64,000 nt of DNA, from the NCBI GenBank assembly GCA_965248435.1, contig OZ252100.1, positions 704,001 through 768,000 on the forward strand, read 5' to 3'. Of the stretch, positions 49,021-58,773 are shown one piece after another (position 1 is the first letter of the stretch; each line of letters starts with the position of its first letter). Under the pieces are notes generated by a model that was given only the letters and a program-made list of their open reading frames with translations, searched no databases and was not told the origin of the DNA. The DNA is from Candidatus Latescibacterota bacterium. GTDB taxonomy: Bacteria > Latescibacterota > UBA2968 > GCA-2709665. Both the position numbers and the translations under genes were made by a program.

Positions 49021-50307
49021 TCAGAATCCGAATTTCAGTTCAGCGGCCAACCCGCCGCCGCCTGCCCTGTTCGGAACGATGCCGTCCCTGAGCCTAAGGG
49101 CCACATCAAAGGCAATCAACTTCACGCCGATGCCGAAGCCGGCGGAATAGGAGGTCGGTCTCCCTCCGCCGACAGAGATGCCCGCTCTAACTGGAAACCA
49201 TCCGGTCATCTTGTATTCGCTTCCCACGGAGAGCCGAGATTGGGTCGTCGACCCTGGCGCATCGTTGAGCCCGTGCTGCCAATCGACGTTGAAGAGCGAG
49301 AGTTTCGTCTTCTTTGAGATCCCAATGCGGACCGTCGTGGGCAAAGAAGTCGAAAAAGAGTCAAGCCTGCGCTCCTGATCTTCCGCATTGAAAAGGTCGT
49401 CGAATTCCTCGACGTCCGCAATGTCCTGAACCTGTATCGCGCCGGCAAACATCTGTCCTCGGTTCTCCCTAGCATTCTTGTCCCAGGATAGGCGTCCGAT
49501 CTGCAGGATGGAAATTCCCGCACTCCACTCCCTGCCGAGCTGAGCCGCCAATCCCAGGTCGAACGAAAATCCACGCCCACCCTCGGCGCGTCTGGCCAGT
49601 GAGGAGCCCTCCAACTGCCAGCCCGAATCCAGTGTAACCAGTGTGCCCTGAGCGTCCTGAAGTTCGAAGAACCCCAGACCTCGAAGATATCGGACCGTCA
49701 CCCCAACCGATACGACCCTGGACCCCCTCCGGCGGATTGGATGTCCCGCTGAGAATGATATCGACCAGGCCGCCTGCGCTTTCCCCTCTGTGTCCGCGAC
49801 GTTGTAGACGCGGTCGCGCTCGTTTCCAAAGAGGGCCAGCTCCAGTGGATCTCGTGGAAACCGTGCACGGCCGGCACCGAAAGCAGTAACGCGCACCGCA
49901 TACCTCCCTATGGAGATCCCCAGTGCCCGTGCCTCTCCAGAAGCGTTAGCGCGGATGCCTTCGGGCGGCAGCTTGTCCAGGATTTCCTGCCTTACCTCCT
50001 CGTTCCACGCCTTCCCGTTGTATCGATTATAATCGTCTAAATCGAATGCGTCATTCCTCCCATTAAACCCAAACGAGAAGATCGCGATCGATAGAGATCT
50101 GTCGCTGGGAAGTGCCAGGTTTGCTGGATTCCATCCAACGGCATCCAGATTCCGTGCAGCTGCCGTGTAGGTGCCTGCCATCCCAGCGGCGCGCGCGCTC
50201 GATTCACCCAGCGCAGATGCCGGAGTTGACCACAGCAGCACTCCGCAGAGAAAGAACCCTGCCATGAACTCGTTCTGATTCTTGAGGTTCCACAATCTCT
50301 TAGTCAT
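49021..50307 (-). CDS. Outer-membrane beta-barrel (DUF5723/FadL-TraF-like)
   Basis: Signal peptide, ARAAGMAG...WNPANL, GFSFDLG, LPTTVRIG, terminal LKFGF. ATG overlaps the stop of the upstream lipoprotein gene (alternative ATG at 50265). Confidence 0.72.
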   Translation of the reverse strand: MTKRLWNLKNQNEFMAGFFLCGVLLWSTPASALGESSARAAGMAGTYTAAARNLDAVGWNPANLALPSDRSLSIAIFSFGFNGRNDAFDLDDYNRYNGKAWNEEVRQEILDKLPPEGIRANASGEARALGISIGRYAVRVTAFGAGRARFPRDPLELALFGNERDRVYNVADTEGKAQAAWSISFSAGHPIRRRGSRVVSVGVTVRYLRGLGFFELQDAQGTLVTLDSGWQLEGSSLARRAEGGRGFSFDLGLAAQLGREWSAGISILQIGRLSWDKNARENRGQMFAGAIQVQDIADVEEFDDLFNAEDQERRLDSFSTSLPTTVRIGISKKTKLSLFNVDWQHGLNDAPGSTTQSRLSVGSEYKMTGWFPVRAGISVGGGRPTSYSAGFGIGVKLIAFDVALRLRDGIVPNRAGGGGLAAELKFGF

Positions 50308-51829
50308 CCAGTCTCTCGTCCACCAGGATTCGGATCTTTGCACTCATCTTCACCTGTGCAAAATCGTCCTGCTCGATCTGGACTGTCTTGCCTCCTGTTC
50401 CGGGTGTCCTGATGGAAACGACCGAAAACAGCGGAAACCGGGCAAAGACTGCCGTCTCCTCTTTTGTGAGTTCGACCTTTGTCTGACTCGTCACCGACTC
50501 CTGGACCGCCCCAGCACCGTCAACCGGAGCCGCCGGCAGCAGGATCTCCCCCTGACTCGGAAGAACGAGATCGGCATTCGTTTCAAGCTGCTCGCGGTCG
50601 GACCCGATAAGGAGCCTCACGCCGATCGCCACCGGAAGGTGATTGATCAGGTCCAGCGTCACGGTTGCCGCGCCGACGTTCGTCGCCAACCGTTTCCTGG
50701 CTTCGGGATCGTCGATGCCGATATCCTCGGGATCGCTCAGAACCTGAGACTCAGAAACGACCATCTTCAGCGGCGCCCTGAAAAAGAGTTTTATATCCAC
50801 GCCATCCGTCCTGCCCACGCGCGCGTCTCCGTCGTCAATCAAAATCCCGCCACTGACCCGGATGCTGCGCGGGATGATTTCCAGAAATTCCAGGATGTTG
50901 CTGTTTGTCTGATCGAACCGGATGAGGGTCACGGCGGGGTTTCCCGGTGCGCCCGCGGCCAGCGCTCGCTGCCCGGACGGGATGCTCAGGACGACGGAGC
51001 GCCCTCCCTCCCCGATGCCCACGACCGAAATATCCAGCTCGCTCGAGGCCCCGATTTCGCTCGTGGCCTGTATCTCTACCGCGGCCTCGGAGAAGGCCAC
51101 GTCGATCTCGCCATCTGGAAAGTCGACCGAGAGGGAGCTGGTTTCGAACCCGACAGGAAGATCTCGAATGGCGCCCTGAATCTCTTCCAGGAGGAGTGCA
51201 TCAGGTTGCATTACCACGCTCACCGATCCGTCCTGTCCCCCGACACCAGATTGTATCCTCGCGTCGATTCGAAGCAGTTCCGGTGCGGATGGAGAAAAGT
51301 TCGATCCGTTCAGCGAGACCAGCAGCGAAGCGGTAGACCCGCCTTGTACGCTCGTGGCCTCCCGGATCACACTGCCCTGGCTGGAGAAATCCGGAAGTGT
51401 GATCTCGATATCGAGCGACCGCCCAGAGCCATTCGAAAAATCGAAACGCATTGATCCCGATCGAATTTCGGCATTGGTCACCCGGATCTCGTCAGGCAGC
51501 GTGAGGCCCAACACATCCGAGCGCACCCCCCCCGATTGGGGAACCGGAAGCGCGAAGTTTCCGTCTGGCGGCGAAAGCTGAAGGTTGTCTCCGACCGTGA
51601 AACGGTCGACATCCTGTTCGATGTCCAGGCCAACTGTCCCGGAGGGCTGAATCGTCAGGTAATCCTCTCGGTCCTCGATCAGTTCCTGCATCGTGACGAC
51701 TTCGTCCGCCAGCGACATCTCCACGTCGATCTCGTAGGACGGCGCCTTCGGTTTGCCGGGGAGCGAGCATCCGAAATTTGTGATCAGAATCACCAGGATC
51801 ACGACCCATTCGAACGGTCTGTGCTGCAT
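50300..51829 (-). CDS. Large uncharacterised lipoprotein, acidic and beta-rich
   Basis: Lipobox ITNFG|C followed by SLPGKPKAPSY. GGAG RBS-like sequence upstream of ATG 51829. Confidence 0.75.
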   Translation of the reverse strand: MQHRPFEWVVILVILITNFGCSLPGKPKAPSYEIDVEMSLADEVVTMQELIEDREDYLTIQPSGTVGLDIEQDVDRFTVGDNLQLSPPDGNFALPVPQSGGVRSDVLGLTLPDEIRVTNAEIRSGSMRFDFSNGSGRSLDIEITLPDFSSQGSVIREATSVQGGSTASLLVSLNGSNFSPSAPELLRIDARIQSGVGGQDGSVSVVMQPDALLLEEIQGAIRDLPVGFETSSLSVDFPDGEIDVAFSEAAVEIQATSEIGASSELDISVVGIGEGGRSVVLSIPSGQRALAAGAPGNPAVTLIRFDQTNSNILEFLEIIPRSIRVSGGILIDDGDARVGRTDGVDIKLFFRAPLKMVVSESQVLSDPEDIGIDDPEARKRLATNVGAATVTLDLINHLPVAIGVRLLIGSDREQLETNADLVLPSQGEILLPAAPVDGAGAVQESVTSQTKVELTKEETAVFARFPLFSVVSIRTPGTGGKTVQIEQDDFAQVKMSAKIRILVDERLDD

Positions 51830-51874
51830 TTTCACACCTCGTCTCCGTGGGTTAAAATGTTCAGGGACCATAAA

Positions 51875-51891
51875 GGCAAACGAAATGCCAA
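51875..51891 (-). promoter_or_regulatory. Putative sigma54 (-24/-12) promoter
   Basis: Minus strand TTGGCATTTCGTTTGCC: GG-N10-GC spacing exact, about 45 nt upstream of the lipoprotein ATG. Confidence 0.6.
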
Positions 51892-51956
51892 CGGTCTCAA
51901 CCTAAAGCGGAAGGGGCAGTAATCTCTACAACCATTTGTGGCACAGAAAAATAAAA

Positions 51957-51987
51957 GGACAGGGCGAAATTCGATTTCGCCCTGTCC
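51957..51987 (-). terminator. Intrinsic terminator of the ...metK-ahcY operon
   Basis: 14-bp perfect stem GGACAGGGCGAAAT/ATTTCGCCCTGTCC followed by TTTTATTTTT on the minus strand. Confidence 0.85.
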
Positions 51988-52060
51988 CTGTCATCCTTCG
52001 GGTGCCGGTAGTACAAAATGACCGTCTCCGGACAAATCCTACCACCGCACCTGCTCTACA

Positions 52061-53521
52061 TTAATACTTGTAATGCTCAGGCTTGTAGGGACCGCCTACG
52101 GGTACCCCGATATAATCGGCCTGGTCCCTTGTGAGCTCGGTCAGCTTCACGCCCAGTTTTTCCAGGTGCAGGCGCGCAACCTCTTCGTCCAGCTTCTTTG
52201 GCAGTCTGTAGACGTTCACTTCCCTGGCCGTGCTCCACAGATCCATCTGGGCAAGGACCTGATTCGTGAACGAAGCCGACATCACGAAGGATGGATGTCC
52301 CGTTGCGCACCCGAGGTTCACCAGACGTCCTTCGGCGAGAAGGTAGATCGAGTTCCCCTTGGGAAACGTATACTTGTCGACCTGTGGTTTGATGTTTAGG
52401 TGTTCGATCCCCGGATGCGTGACCAGCTTGTCGACCTGGATCTCGTTGTCAAAATGGCCGATGTTGCAGACGATCGACTGATCCAGCATTTTCTCCATAT
52501 GCTCCACGCGAATGATATCGCGGTTTCCCGTGGTTGTCACGTATATGTTCGCCTCACTGAGCGCGTTCTCCAAGGTCGTCACTTCCAGACCTTCCATGGC
52601 AGCCTGCAGCGCACAGATCGGATCCACTTCCGTGACAAGGATGCGGGCACCCATTCCGCGCATCGACTGTGCGCACCCCTTTCCGACGTCTCCATAGCCA
52701 CAGACGCAAACGACCTTCCCGGCGAGCATGACATCCGTGGCCCGCTTGATTCCATCTGCCAGGGACTCCCTGCATCCATACAGGTTGTCAAACTTCGATT
52801 TTGTCACGGAGTCGTTCACGTTTATCGCCGGAAATAGGAGCGATCCCTCTTCCCTCATTTGGTAGAGACGGTGTACACCCGTTGTGGTCTCCTCCGAAAC
52901 CCCCCGTATCCCCTTGGCCAGATCGTGCCAGAATTGAGGATCCCTTTCCAGCTGGCGCCGCAAGACCGTATCGATAACGCCCTGTTCCCTGTTCTCTGTC
53001 GGACCTTCCAGGATCGTCGGGTCATCTTCAACCTGGTATCCGCGGTGTATAAGCAGCGTGGCGTCCCCTCCATCGTCCACGATCAGATCCGGGCCCTCCT
53101 TGCCCGGGAAACTCAGCGCCTGGAGCGTGCACTCCCAGTACTCTTCGAGCGATTCACCCTTCCAGGCAAAGACCGGCGTACCTCCGGGTCGCCACGATGT
53201 TTCCGCTGCGATGGCCGCTGCGGCGTGGTCCTGCGTCGAGAAGATGTTGCACGAGGCCCATCGGACATCTGCGCCCATGGCCTGAAGGGTCTCGATCAGC
53301 ACGGCCGTCTGCACGGTCATATGAAGAGAACCGGTGATCCGGGCACCCTTCAGCGGCTTCTTATCGCCGTGCCTCTCTCGCAGCGACATCAACCCCGGCA
53401 TCTCCTTTTCAGCGATCGTAATCTCCTTGCGACCGAATTCCGCGTCAGAGATGTCGGCAACCTTGTGGCTCAGCCGGGAGTAATCTGGAATCAAAATTTC
53501 TGTAACAGGGTTCTGCGCCAT
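52061..53521 (-). CDS. ahcY: S-adenosylhomocysteine hydrolase
   Basis: [66 protein letters not shown]. Confidence 0.98.
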   Translation of the reverse strand: MAQNPVTEILIPDYSRLSHKVADISDAEFGRKEITIAEKEMPGLMSLRERHGDKKPLKGARITGSLHMTVQTAVLIETLQAMGADVRWASCNIFSTQDHAAAAIAAETSWRPGGTPVFAWKGESLEEYWECTLQALSFPGKEGPDLIVDDGGDATLLIHRGYQVEDDPTILEGPTENREQGVIDTVLRRQLERDPQFWHDLAKGIRGVSEETTTGVHRLYQMREEGSLLFPAINVNDSVTKSKFDNLYGCRESLADGIKRATDVMLAGKVVCVCGYGDVGKGCAQSMRGMGARILVTEVDPICALQAAMEGLEVTTLENALSEANIYVTTTGNRDIIRVEHMEKMLDQSIVCNIGHFDNEIQVDKLVTHPGIEHLNIKPQVDKYTFPKGNSIYLLAEGRLVNLGCATGHPSFVMSASFTNQVLAQMDLWSTAREVNVYRLPKKLDEEVARLHLEKLGVKLTELTRDQADYIGVPVGGPYKPEHYKY

Positions 53522-53540
53522 GCTTTTTCCTTTCTCAGGT

Positions 53541-54710
53541 TTACATTCCGAGGCGCTTGGCGGCACGGCGAAGTGCCTCGGCCTTGTCTGTCTTTTCCCA
53601 CGTGAAAGCAGCGCCCTTTCGGCCGAAATGTCCGTATGCGGCCGTCTGCTCGTATATGGGGCGCAGCAATTCCAGCGACTGGATAATCGCCCTGGGCGTG
53701 AGCTTGAAATGCCTGCGGATAAGGTCCGAAATCACCTCACCCTCCAGCTTTCCCGTCCCGAACGTGTCTACGGAAATCGAGACCGGCTCAGCCAAACCGA
53801 TTGCGTAGGCCAGCTGAACTTCACACCGGTCGGCGAGCCCGGCCTTTACGACATTCTTGGCCACGTAACGCGCTGCGTAATTCGCGCTCCGATCCACTTT
53901 TGACGGATCCTTGCCCGAGAAGGCGCCACCCCCGTGTCGCCCCATTCCGCCATACGTGTCCACGATGATCTTCCGGCCCGTAAGCCCGGTGTCTCCACAG
54001 GGTCCCCCAACCACGAAGCGTCCGGTAGGATTCACGTGGTAGATCGTATCCTTGTCCAGATAACGGCTGGGGACAACTGACTTGACCACCTGCTTCATCA
54101 GGTCACTGGTGATCTTTTTGTGGGTCGCCTTCGGATCGTGCTGGGTCGACAGGACCACCGTGTGCACGCGCAGGGGCTTGCTGTCGTTGTACTCTACGGT
54201 AACTTGCGACTTGCTGTCGGGTCGAAGGTAGGGCAGTGTGCCCCGCTTCCGCAGGCTGGCCAGCCGCTGAACCATCTTGTGGGCCATCATAATCGGCATT
54301 GGCATCAGTTCGGGGGTTTCGCGGCAGGCATAGCCGAACATCATCCCCTGGTCCCCGGCCCCCTGCTCGGCGTGCAGCCCCTGGCCCTGGGTCACCCCCT
54401 GGGAGATGTCGGGTGACTGGCGGTCGAGTGTGACCATCACGCCGCAGGAGCGATAGTCAAACCCGTAGTCCGGATCTGTATAGCCGATCTTTTTCACGGT
54501 CTTCCTGACCAGTCCCGCAATATCGACGCTGGCCCGGCTGGTCACCTCGCCTGAAACGATCACCTGTCCCGTCGTGACGAGCGTCTCGCAGGCAACACGA
54601 GACTTGAGATCCTGCTGAAGCATCGCATCCAATACGGCATCCGAAATCTGGTCAGAGATCTTGTCTGGATGCCCTTCCGAAACGGACTCAGAGGTGAAGA
54701 GATGTCGCAT
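53541..54710 (-). CDS. metK: S-adenosylmethionine synthetase
   Basis: [48 protein letters not shown]. Confidence 0.98.
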   Translation of the reverse strand: MRHLFTSESVSEGHPDKISDQISDAVLDAMLQQDLKSRVACETLVTTGQVIVSGEVTSRASVDIAGLVRKTVKKIGYTDPDYGFDYRSCGVMVTLDRQSPDISQGVTQGQGLHAEQGAGDQGMMFGYACRETPELMPMPIMMAHKMVQRLASLRKRGTLPYLRPDSKSQVTVEYNDSKPLRVHTVVLSTQHDPKATHKKITSDLMKQVVKSVVPSRYLDKDTIYHVNPTGRFVVGGPCGDTGLTGRKIIVDTYGGMGRHGGGAFSGKDPSKVDRSANYAARYVAKNVVKAGLADRCEVQLAYAIGLAEPVSISVDTFGTGKLEGEVISDLIRRHFKLTPRAIIQSLELLRPIYEQTAAYGHFGRKGAAFTWEKTDKAEALRRAAKRLGM

Positions 54711-54794
54711 CTACTTGAGTTCCCCTCCTGATTGAAAACCTGAACCTGACGGCCAACCCAAACCACGCTCGACTTCCTAGCTCACGCATTCACA

Positions 54795-55772
54795 TCACGA
54801 TGATTCAGCAACATTCAGCCCGCGGGAATCAGACTCGACCTTCGTATTCTTGCCGACGAGCGATTCCTCCAGATCACACCCCGTGACCTCGGCCCGATCG
54901 CCGATGATCGAATTCCGGATGTGGGCGTCGGTGATCCTCGCCCGTTCACCCACGGATACGTAGGGCCCCAAAACGGAGTTCTCCAGGATAGCAGATTCTG
55001 AAATGAAGACAGGAGGCTTCAGAATGGCCCCTTCCGAAGGTGAGGGTGGCGGAAGCCGGTCCAGCAGGTACCGGTTCGTTTCCAGCAGCGTCTCCGGTGT
55101 CCCGCAATCGAACCACTTTTCCACGATGAACGTCTCCAGGTGGGCGCCTTCGGCAACCATTTCGTTGAACCCATCCGTAAGTTGATACTCACCTCGAGTC
55201 CTGACTCCGTCCTTGATCAGTCTTTCCAGACTCGAGAAAAGCAGCCTACTGTTCCGAATCAGGTTAATGCCCGCGATGGCGATGTCGGAGACGAAGGTTT
55301 CCGGTTTCTCGACCAGCCGAACGATTCGGTTTCCGTCCAGCTCGACCACACCGAACCGCCTCGGATCATCCACGCTGCGGACGCCAATCACGCCGTCCGC
55401 AGCGGTCTGCACGGCGCCGGACAGGTCAGCCTCGAAGACCGTGTCGCCATAAACGATCAGAAGGAAATCACCGTCCGCCAATTCCCGCGTCAAATATACG
55501 GCGTGTCCGAGACCCAACTGCTCGGTCTGCCGGATCGCCGCGATTTCGCAATCCCCATAATGATGCTCGGCGAACTCGACGATCTGTTCGCCGAGGTGGC
55601 CGACCACGAGCGCCAGTTTGCGAATCCCAACCCGGATGACCTCGTCCAGGATGTGCCCGAGAATGGGCTTTCCAGCGACGGGCAGCAGGGCCTTTGGCGT
55701 TGTGTGGGTTTGAGGGCGCAGACGGGTGCCCTCACCGGCCACCGGAATGATCGCCCAGCCGTCTGCGATCAC
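54795..55772 (-). CDS. Sugar-phosphate nucleotidyltransferase (glucose-1-phosphate thymidylyltransferase-like, with left-handed beta-helix tail)
   Basis: IIPVAGEGTRLRP, PKALLPVAGKP, LGLGHAV, YGDT, VEKP, WFDCG. GTG start overlaps the ptsI stop. Confidence 0.88.
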   Translation of the reverse strand: MIADGWAIIPVAGEGTRLRPQTHTTPKALLPVAGKPILGHILDEVIRVGIRKLALVVGHLGEQIVEFAEHHYGDCEIAAIRQTEQLGLGHAVYLTRELADGDFLLIVYGDTVFEADLSGAVQTAADGVIGVRSVDDPRRFGVVELDGNRIVRLVEKPETFVSDIAIAGINLIRNSRLLFSSLERLIKDGVRTRGEYQLTDGFNEMVAEGAHLETFIVEKWFDCGTPETLLETNRYLLDRLPPPSPSEGAILKPPVFISESAILENSVLGPYVSVGERARITDAHIRNSIIGDRAEVTGCDLEESLVGKNTKVESDSRGLNVAESS

Positions 55773-57586
55773 ACGCCCTCCCCCTGGAGGCCCTCCCGAG
55801 TGGCCCCCACCGGTTCTGCCCCTCCGCCTATCTCCTGTGCAACAGCAAGCTCTGCTGTTCGTAGAACATCGACAGGCATGGTTTCCTGTAGGAAATTCCA
55901 GATATCCTCTCGAGTCTTGAGGGACAGCACGTGATCGGCCAGCTGCCTGGCCTGATCCATCGTCACAGATCGAATCGCGTGCTTGACGCCCGGCAGCGCT
56001 CTCGGGCCCATGCTGAAACCGTCCACGCCCAGTCCAAGCAGAAGGATGCTGCTCCACGGGTCACCGGCCATCTCGCCACACAAGGTCACAGGGATGCCCT
56101 GGAGATGCCCCACATCAACGACGCTTTTGATCAACCGGAGCACGGCCGGGTGGTAGGGATCAAAGAGGTAGGCCACTCGCTCGTTGCCTCGGTCCACCGC
56201 GACCGTATACTGAATCAGATCATTCGTCCCGATGCTGAAGAAGTCCACCTCTTCCGCCAGCTGGTCGGCCACGATGGCTGCGGCCGGCACCTCGACCATC
56301 ACTCCCACAGGACAGTCTTCATCAAACGGAATGCCTTTAGACCTGAGTTCTGATCGGGCCTCTTCGAGCACCTCGTTCGCCTCGATCACCTCTTCGACGC
56401 TGGAAATCATCGGATGCATGATCCGAATGTTCCCGCTTACGGTGGATCGGAGGATGGCCCGCAGCTGAGCCCGAAACACGTCCTTGTTGGCGAGGGAGAC
56501 GCGAATGGCACGCCACCCCAGAAACGGATTGGTCTCGGACCCGTGGGCGTTCAAAGGCAGTTTGTCTCCACCCAGATCGAGGGTCCTGATCACGAGAGGT
56601 TGCGGCGCCACCCGCTCGGCCAGGCGGGAATAGGCTTCGATCTGTGCTTCCTCGGAGGGTAGTTCCTCACTGGCGAGATACAGATACTCCGTGCGGTAGA
56701 GACCGATCCCCTCTGCGCCATAGGCGATCGCGGATTCGATCTCCTCCGGCAGTTCGATATTCGCCTGCAGGCTGACTCTGACCCCATCCCGGGTTTCCGC
56801 TGAAAGATCCTTCGACGCGGAGAGGTCCTTCTCGTGCTCCTGAAATCGCTCCGCTTCCCCTTGATATCGCTCCAGCGTCTCGGGATCCGGGTCGATGAAC
56901 ACCAGCCCCCTCCCCCCGTCCACGATCGTCAATCCGCCGGGCTCCGCCGATGCAATGGCAGCGTCGACGCCCAGCACGGCCGGGATTCCGAGCCCGCGGG
57001 CGATGATGGCCGCGTGAGACGTCGTTCCGCCGACTTCCGTCACCAGGGCCAGCACGTCTCCTCGCTGCATGTGAGCCGTATCCGACGGCGTGAGGTCGTG
57101 AGCGAACACGATGGAGTCCGGGTTCAGCTGTTCCAGCGACGCGTCTTCGTGTTGACACAGCTTGGCCAGGACCCGTCTCTCGATATCCAGAATGTCGGCC
57201 TTCCTCGCCCGAAAATATTCGTCTTCGATCGCGTCGAACTGATGGCGTAACTTTTGAAGCGTCTGCCAGAAGGCGTACTCTGCTGTTGCTCGCTCCTCGC
57301 GAATCAGCTTCACCGTCGGATCTTTCAGTGCTACGTCTTGCAGGATCAGCAGATGTGCGTCGAAAATCTGTGCGTAGTCCGCGCCCAGCTTTTCGGCCAC
57401 CTGCTTCCGCAGCAGTTGGACGTCTCTGGCCGCTTCCTCGAGCGTAGCGAGATACCGCTCGACCTCCGCCTCCACCTCACCACCCGAGATCCTGCGGTAG
57501 TCGAGCCAGGGATCGTCCGGGTCGTGAAGGTAGGCAGCACCGATGGCGATGCCGGGTGAGCCCTGTATGCCGGTAAGTTTTCTCAT
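55769..57586 (-). CDS. ptsI: PTS enzyme I (phosphoenolpyruvate-protein phosphotransferase)
   Basis: GGTTSHAAI (phospho-His), GLYRTEYL, RTLDLGGDK, NPFLGWRAIR, SIGTNDL, CGEMAG. Confidence 0.97.
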   Translation of the reverse strand: MRKLTGIQGSPGIAIGAAYLHDPDDPWLDYRRISGGEVEAEVERYLATLEEAARDVQLLRKQVAEKLGADYAQIFDAHLLILQDVALKDPTVKLIREERATAEYAFWQTLQKLRHQFDAIEDEYFRARKADILDIERRVLAKLCQHEDASLEQLNPDSIVFAHDLTPSDTAHMQRGDVLALVTEVGGTTSHAAIIARGLGIPAVLGVDAAIASAEPGGLTIVDGGRGLVFIDPDPETLERYQGEAERFQEHEKDLSASKDLSAETRDGVRVSLQANIELPEEIESAIAYGAEGIGLYRTEYLYLASEELPSEEAQIEAYSRLAERVAPQPLVIRTLDLGGDKLPLNAHGSETNPFLGWRAIRVSLANKDVFRAQLRAILRSTVSGNIRIMHPMISSVEEVIEANEVLEEARSELRSKGIPFDEDCPVGVMVEVPAAAIVADQLAEEVDFFSIGTNDLIQYTVAVDRGNERVAYLFDPYHPAVLRLIKSVVDVGHLQGIPVTLCGEMAGDPWSSILLLGLGVDGFSMGPRALPGVKHAIRSVTMDQARQLADHVLSLKTREDIWNFLQETMPVDVLRTAELAVAQEIGGGAEPVGATREGLQGEGV

Positions 57587-57626
57587 CGTTTCGATTCTAA
57601 CGGCTTCATATGAAGAAGCCATCTAG

Positions 57627-57704
57627 GACCACGGACCGCAGACCACAGACCGCCAAATCTAAAACCTATTTCATCCGGCGGTCTGCCGTCGGTGGTCCGC
57701 CGTC
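57627..57704. repeat. Inverted heptamer-array element between ptsH and ptsI
   Basis: GACCACG GACCGCA GACCACA GACCGCC, 22-nt spacer, then GGCGGTC TGCCGTC GGTGGTC CGCCGTC. Confidence 0.75.
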
Positions 57705-57709
57705 TGCCT

Positions 57710-57982
57710 TCAGGCCATCCCATCCTCAAATACGCCCTCGATCACACCCACCACTTTGTCTGCGGCCGCTTCCTCATCTTCGCCTTCGGTCCTAACGAGG
57801 ATCGTCGAGCCCTGTTCGGCGGCCAGCATCATCACGCCCATAATGCTCTTCCCGTTGATCTCGAGTCCATCCTTAACGAGTAGGATCTCGCACTTGAACG
57901 TTGCGGCGGCCTTGACCAAAAGGGCCGCGGGACGGGCGTGAATTCCCAGTCTGTTTTTTACGGCCGCATTCCGTTCCACCAT
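57710..57982 (-). CDS. ptsH: Phosphocarrier protein HPr
   Basis: GIHARPAA (His15), INGKSIMGVMMLAA (Ser46). Confidence 0.96.
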   Translation of the reverse strand: MVERNAAVKNRLGIHARPAALLVKAAATFKCEILLVKDGLEINGKSIMGVMMLAAEQGSTILVRTEGEDEEAAADKVVGVIEGVFEDGMA

Positions 57983-58021
57983 CAAACGGTCCTGGAGATA
58001 TCGATTTCGGCGATTCCCGAC

Positions 58022-58768
58022 CTATGAAGCCGAGTGAATGGCGTCTGCAAACGCCAGCGCGAGTGAGGCCTCACGCTGGTCCTCCAGGGCGCTCCCAATC
58101 ACGACAAATGATGCCCCCGCCGCCACCTTCGACGCCGCATCCTCCGGGCGACGAATACCTCCCCCAACGATCCTGGGAATAGAGATGTAGTCCCTTACGG
58201 CCTGAATCATCTCTTCGGGCACCATTTGTTCCGCGCCACTTCCTGCATCCAGGTAGACGCACTGCATTCCCAGGTATTCCGCGGCCAATGCGTGCGCCAT
58301 CGCGATGTCTGGCTTATCCCGCGGAACCGGCTTTGTGTTGCTTATGTATTCCACGGTCGTCTGTCTTCCGGAGTCGACCAGGATGTAACCGGTTGAAATC
58401 GGCTCCAGCCCGTAGGCCTTCAGAACCGGCGCCGCCCTCACGTGCTGCCCGATCAACAGTTCCGGATTCCGTCCACTGATCATAGAGAGAAAGAAGATCG
58501 CGTCAGCGGACGAAGAGATCTGGTTGGAGCCCGCGCCGAAGATGATGACGGGGACTTGAACGGTATGCTTGATGAGGCGGATCATCCGGTCGAATTCTGT
58601 CGAGACCAGGAAACTCCCACCGACGAGGATGGCATCAGCACCGCACTCCTCGAAGGTTGCCGCCGCCCGGACCAGATCTTCCTTGTCTGAGTGGTCCGGG
58701 TCCAACAGCACGAAGAATCCCGCTCCGCGCGCCTCACGAACGTCCATGAGTTTTTGAAAGACCGACAA
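58022..58768 (-). CDS. Geranylgeranylglyceryl/heptaprenylglyceryl phosphate synthase (GGGPS/PcrB family)
   Basis: VLLDPD, ILVGGS, ADAIFFLSMISGRNPELLIG, YLDAGSGA, IVGGGIR, VVIGS. Confidence 0.9.
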   Translation of the reverse strand: MSVFQKLMDVREARGAGFFVLLDPDHSDKEDLVRAAATFEECGADAILVGGSFLVSTEFDRMIRLIKHTVQVPVIIFGAGSNQISSSADAIFFLSMISGRNPELLIGQHVRAAPVLKAYGLEPISTGYILVDSGRQTTVEYISNTKPVPRDKPDIAMAHALAAEYLGMQCVYLDAGSGAEQMVPEEMIQAVRDYISIPRIVGGGIRRPEDAASKVAAGASFVVIGSALEDQREASLALAFADAIHSAS

Positions 58769-58773
58769 GAAGC

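Noticed and set aside
50282-51454. Long antisense ORFs (for example 50282-51454, 62040-63419, 34347-35321, 37925-38896, 1026-1916, 47430-48329)
   Set aside because: Shadows of well-supported genes on the opposite strand, expected in GC-rich DNA, with no protein motifs.
54711-54794. SAM riboswitch upstream of metK, or SAH riboswitch upstream of ahcY
   Set aside because: The intergenic space is too short and lacks consensus elements. ahcY starts 19 nt after the metK stop.
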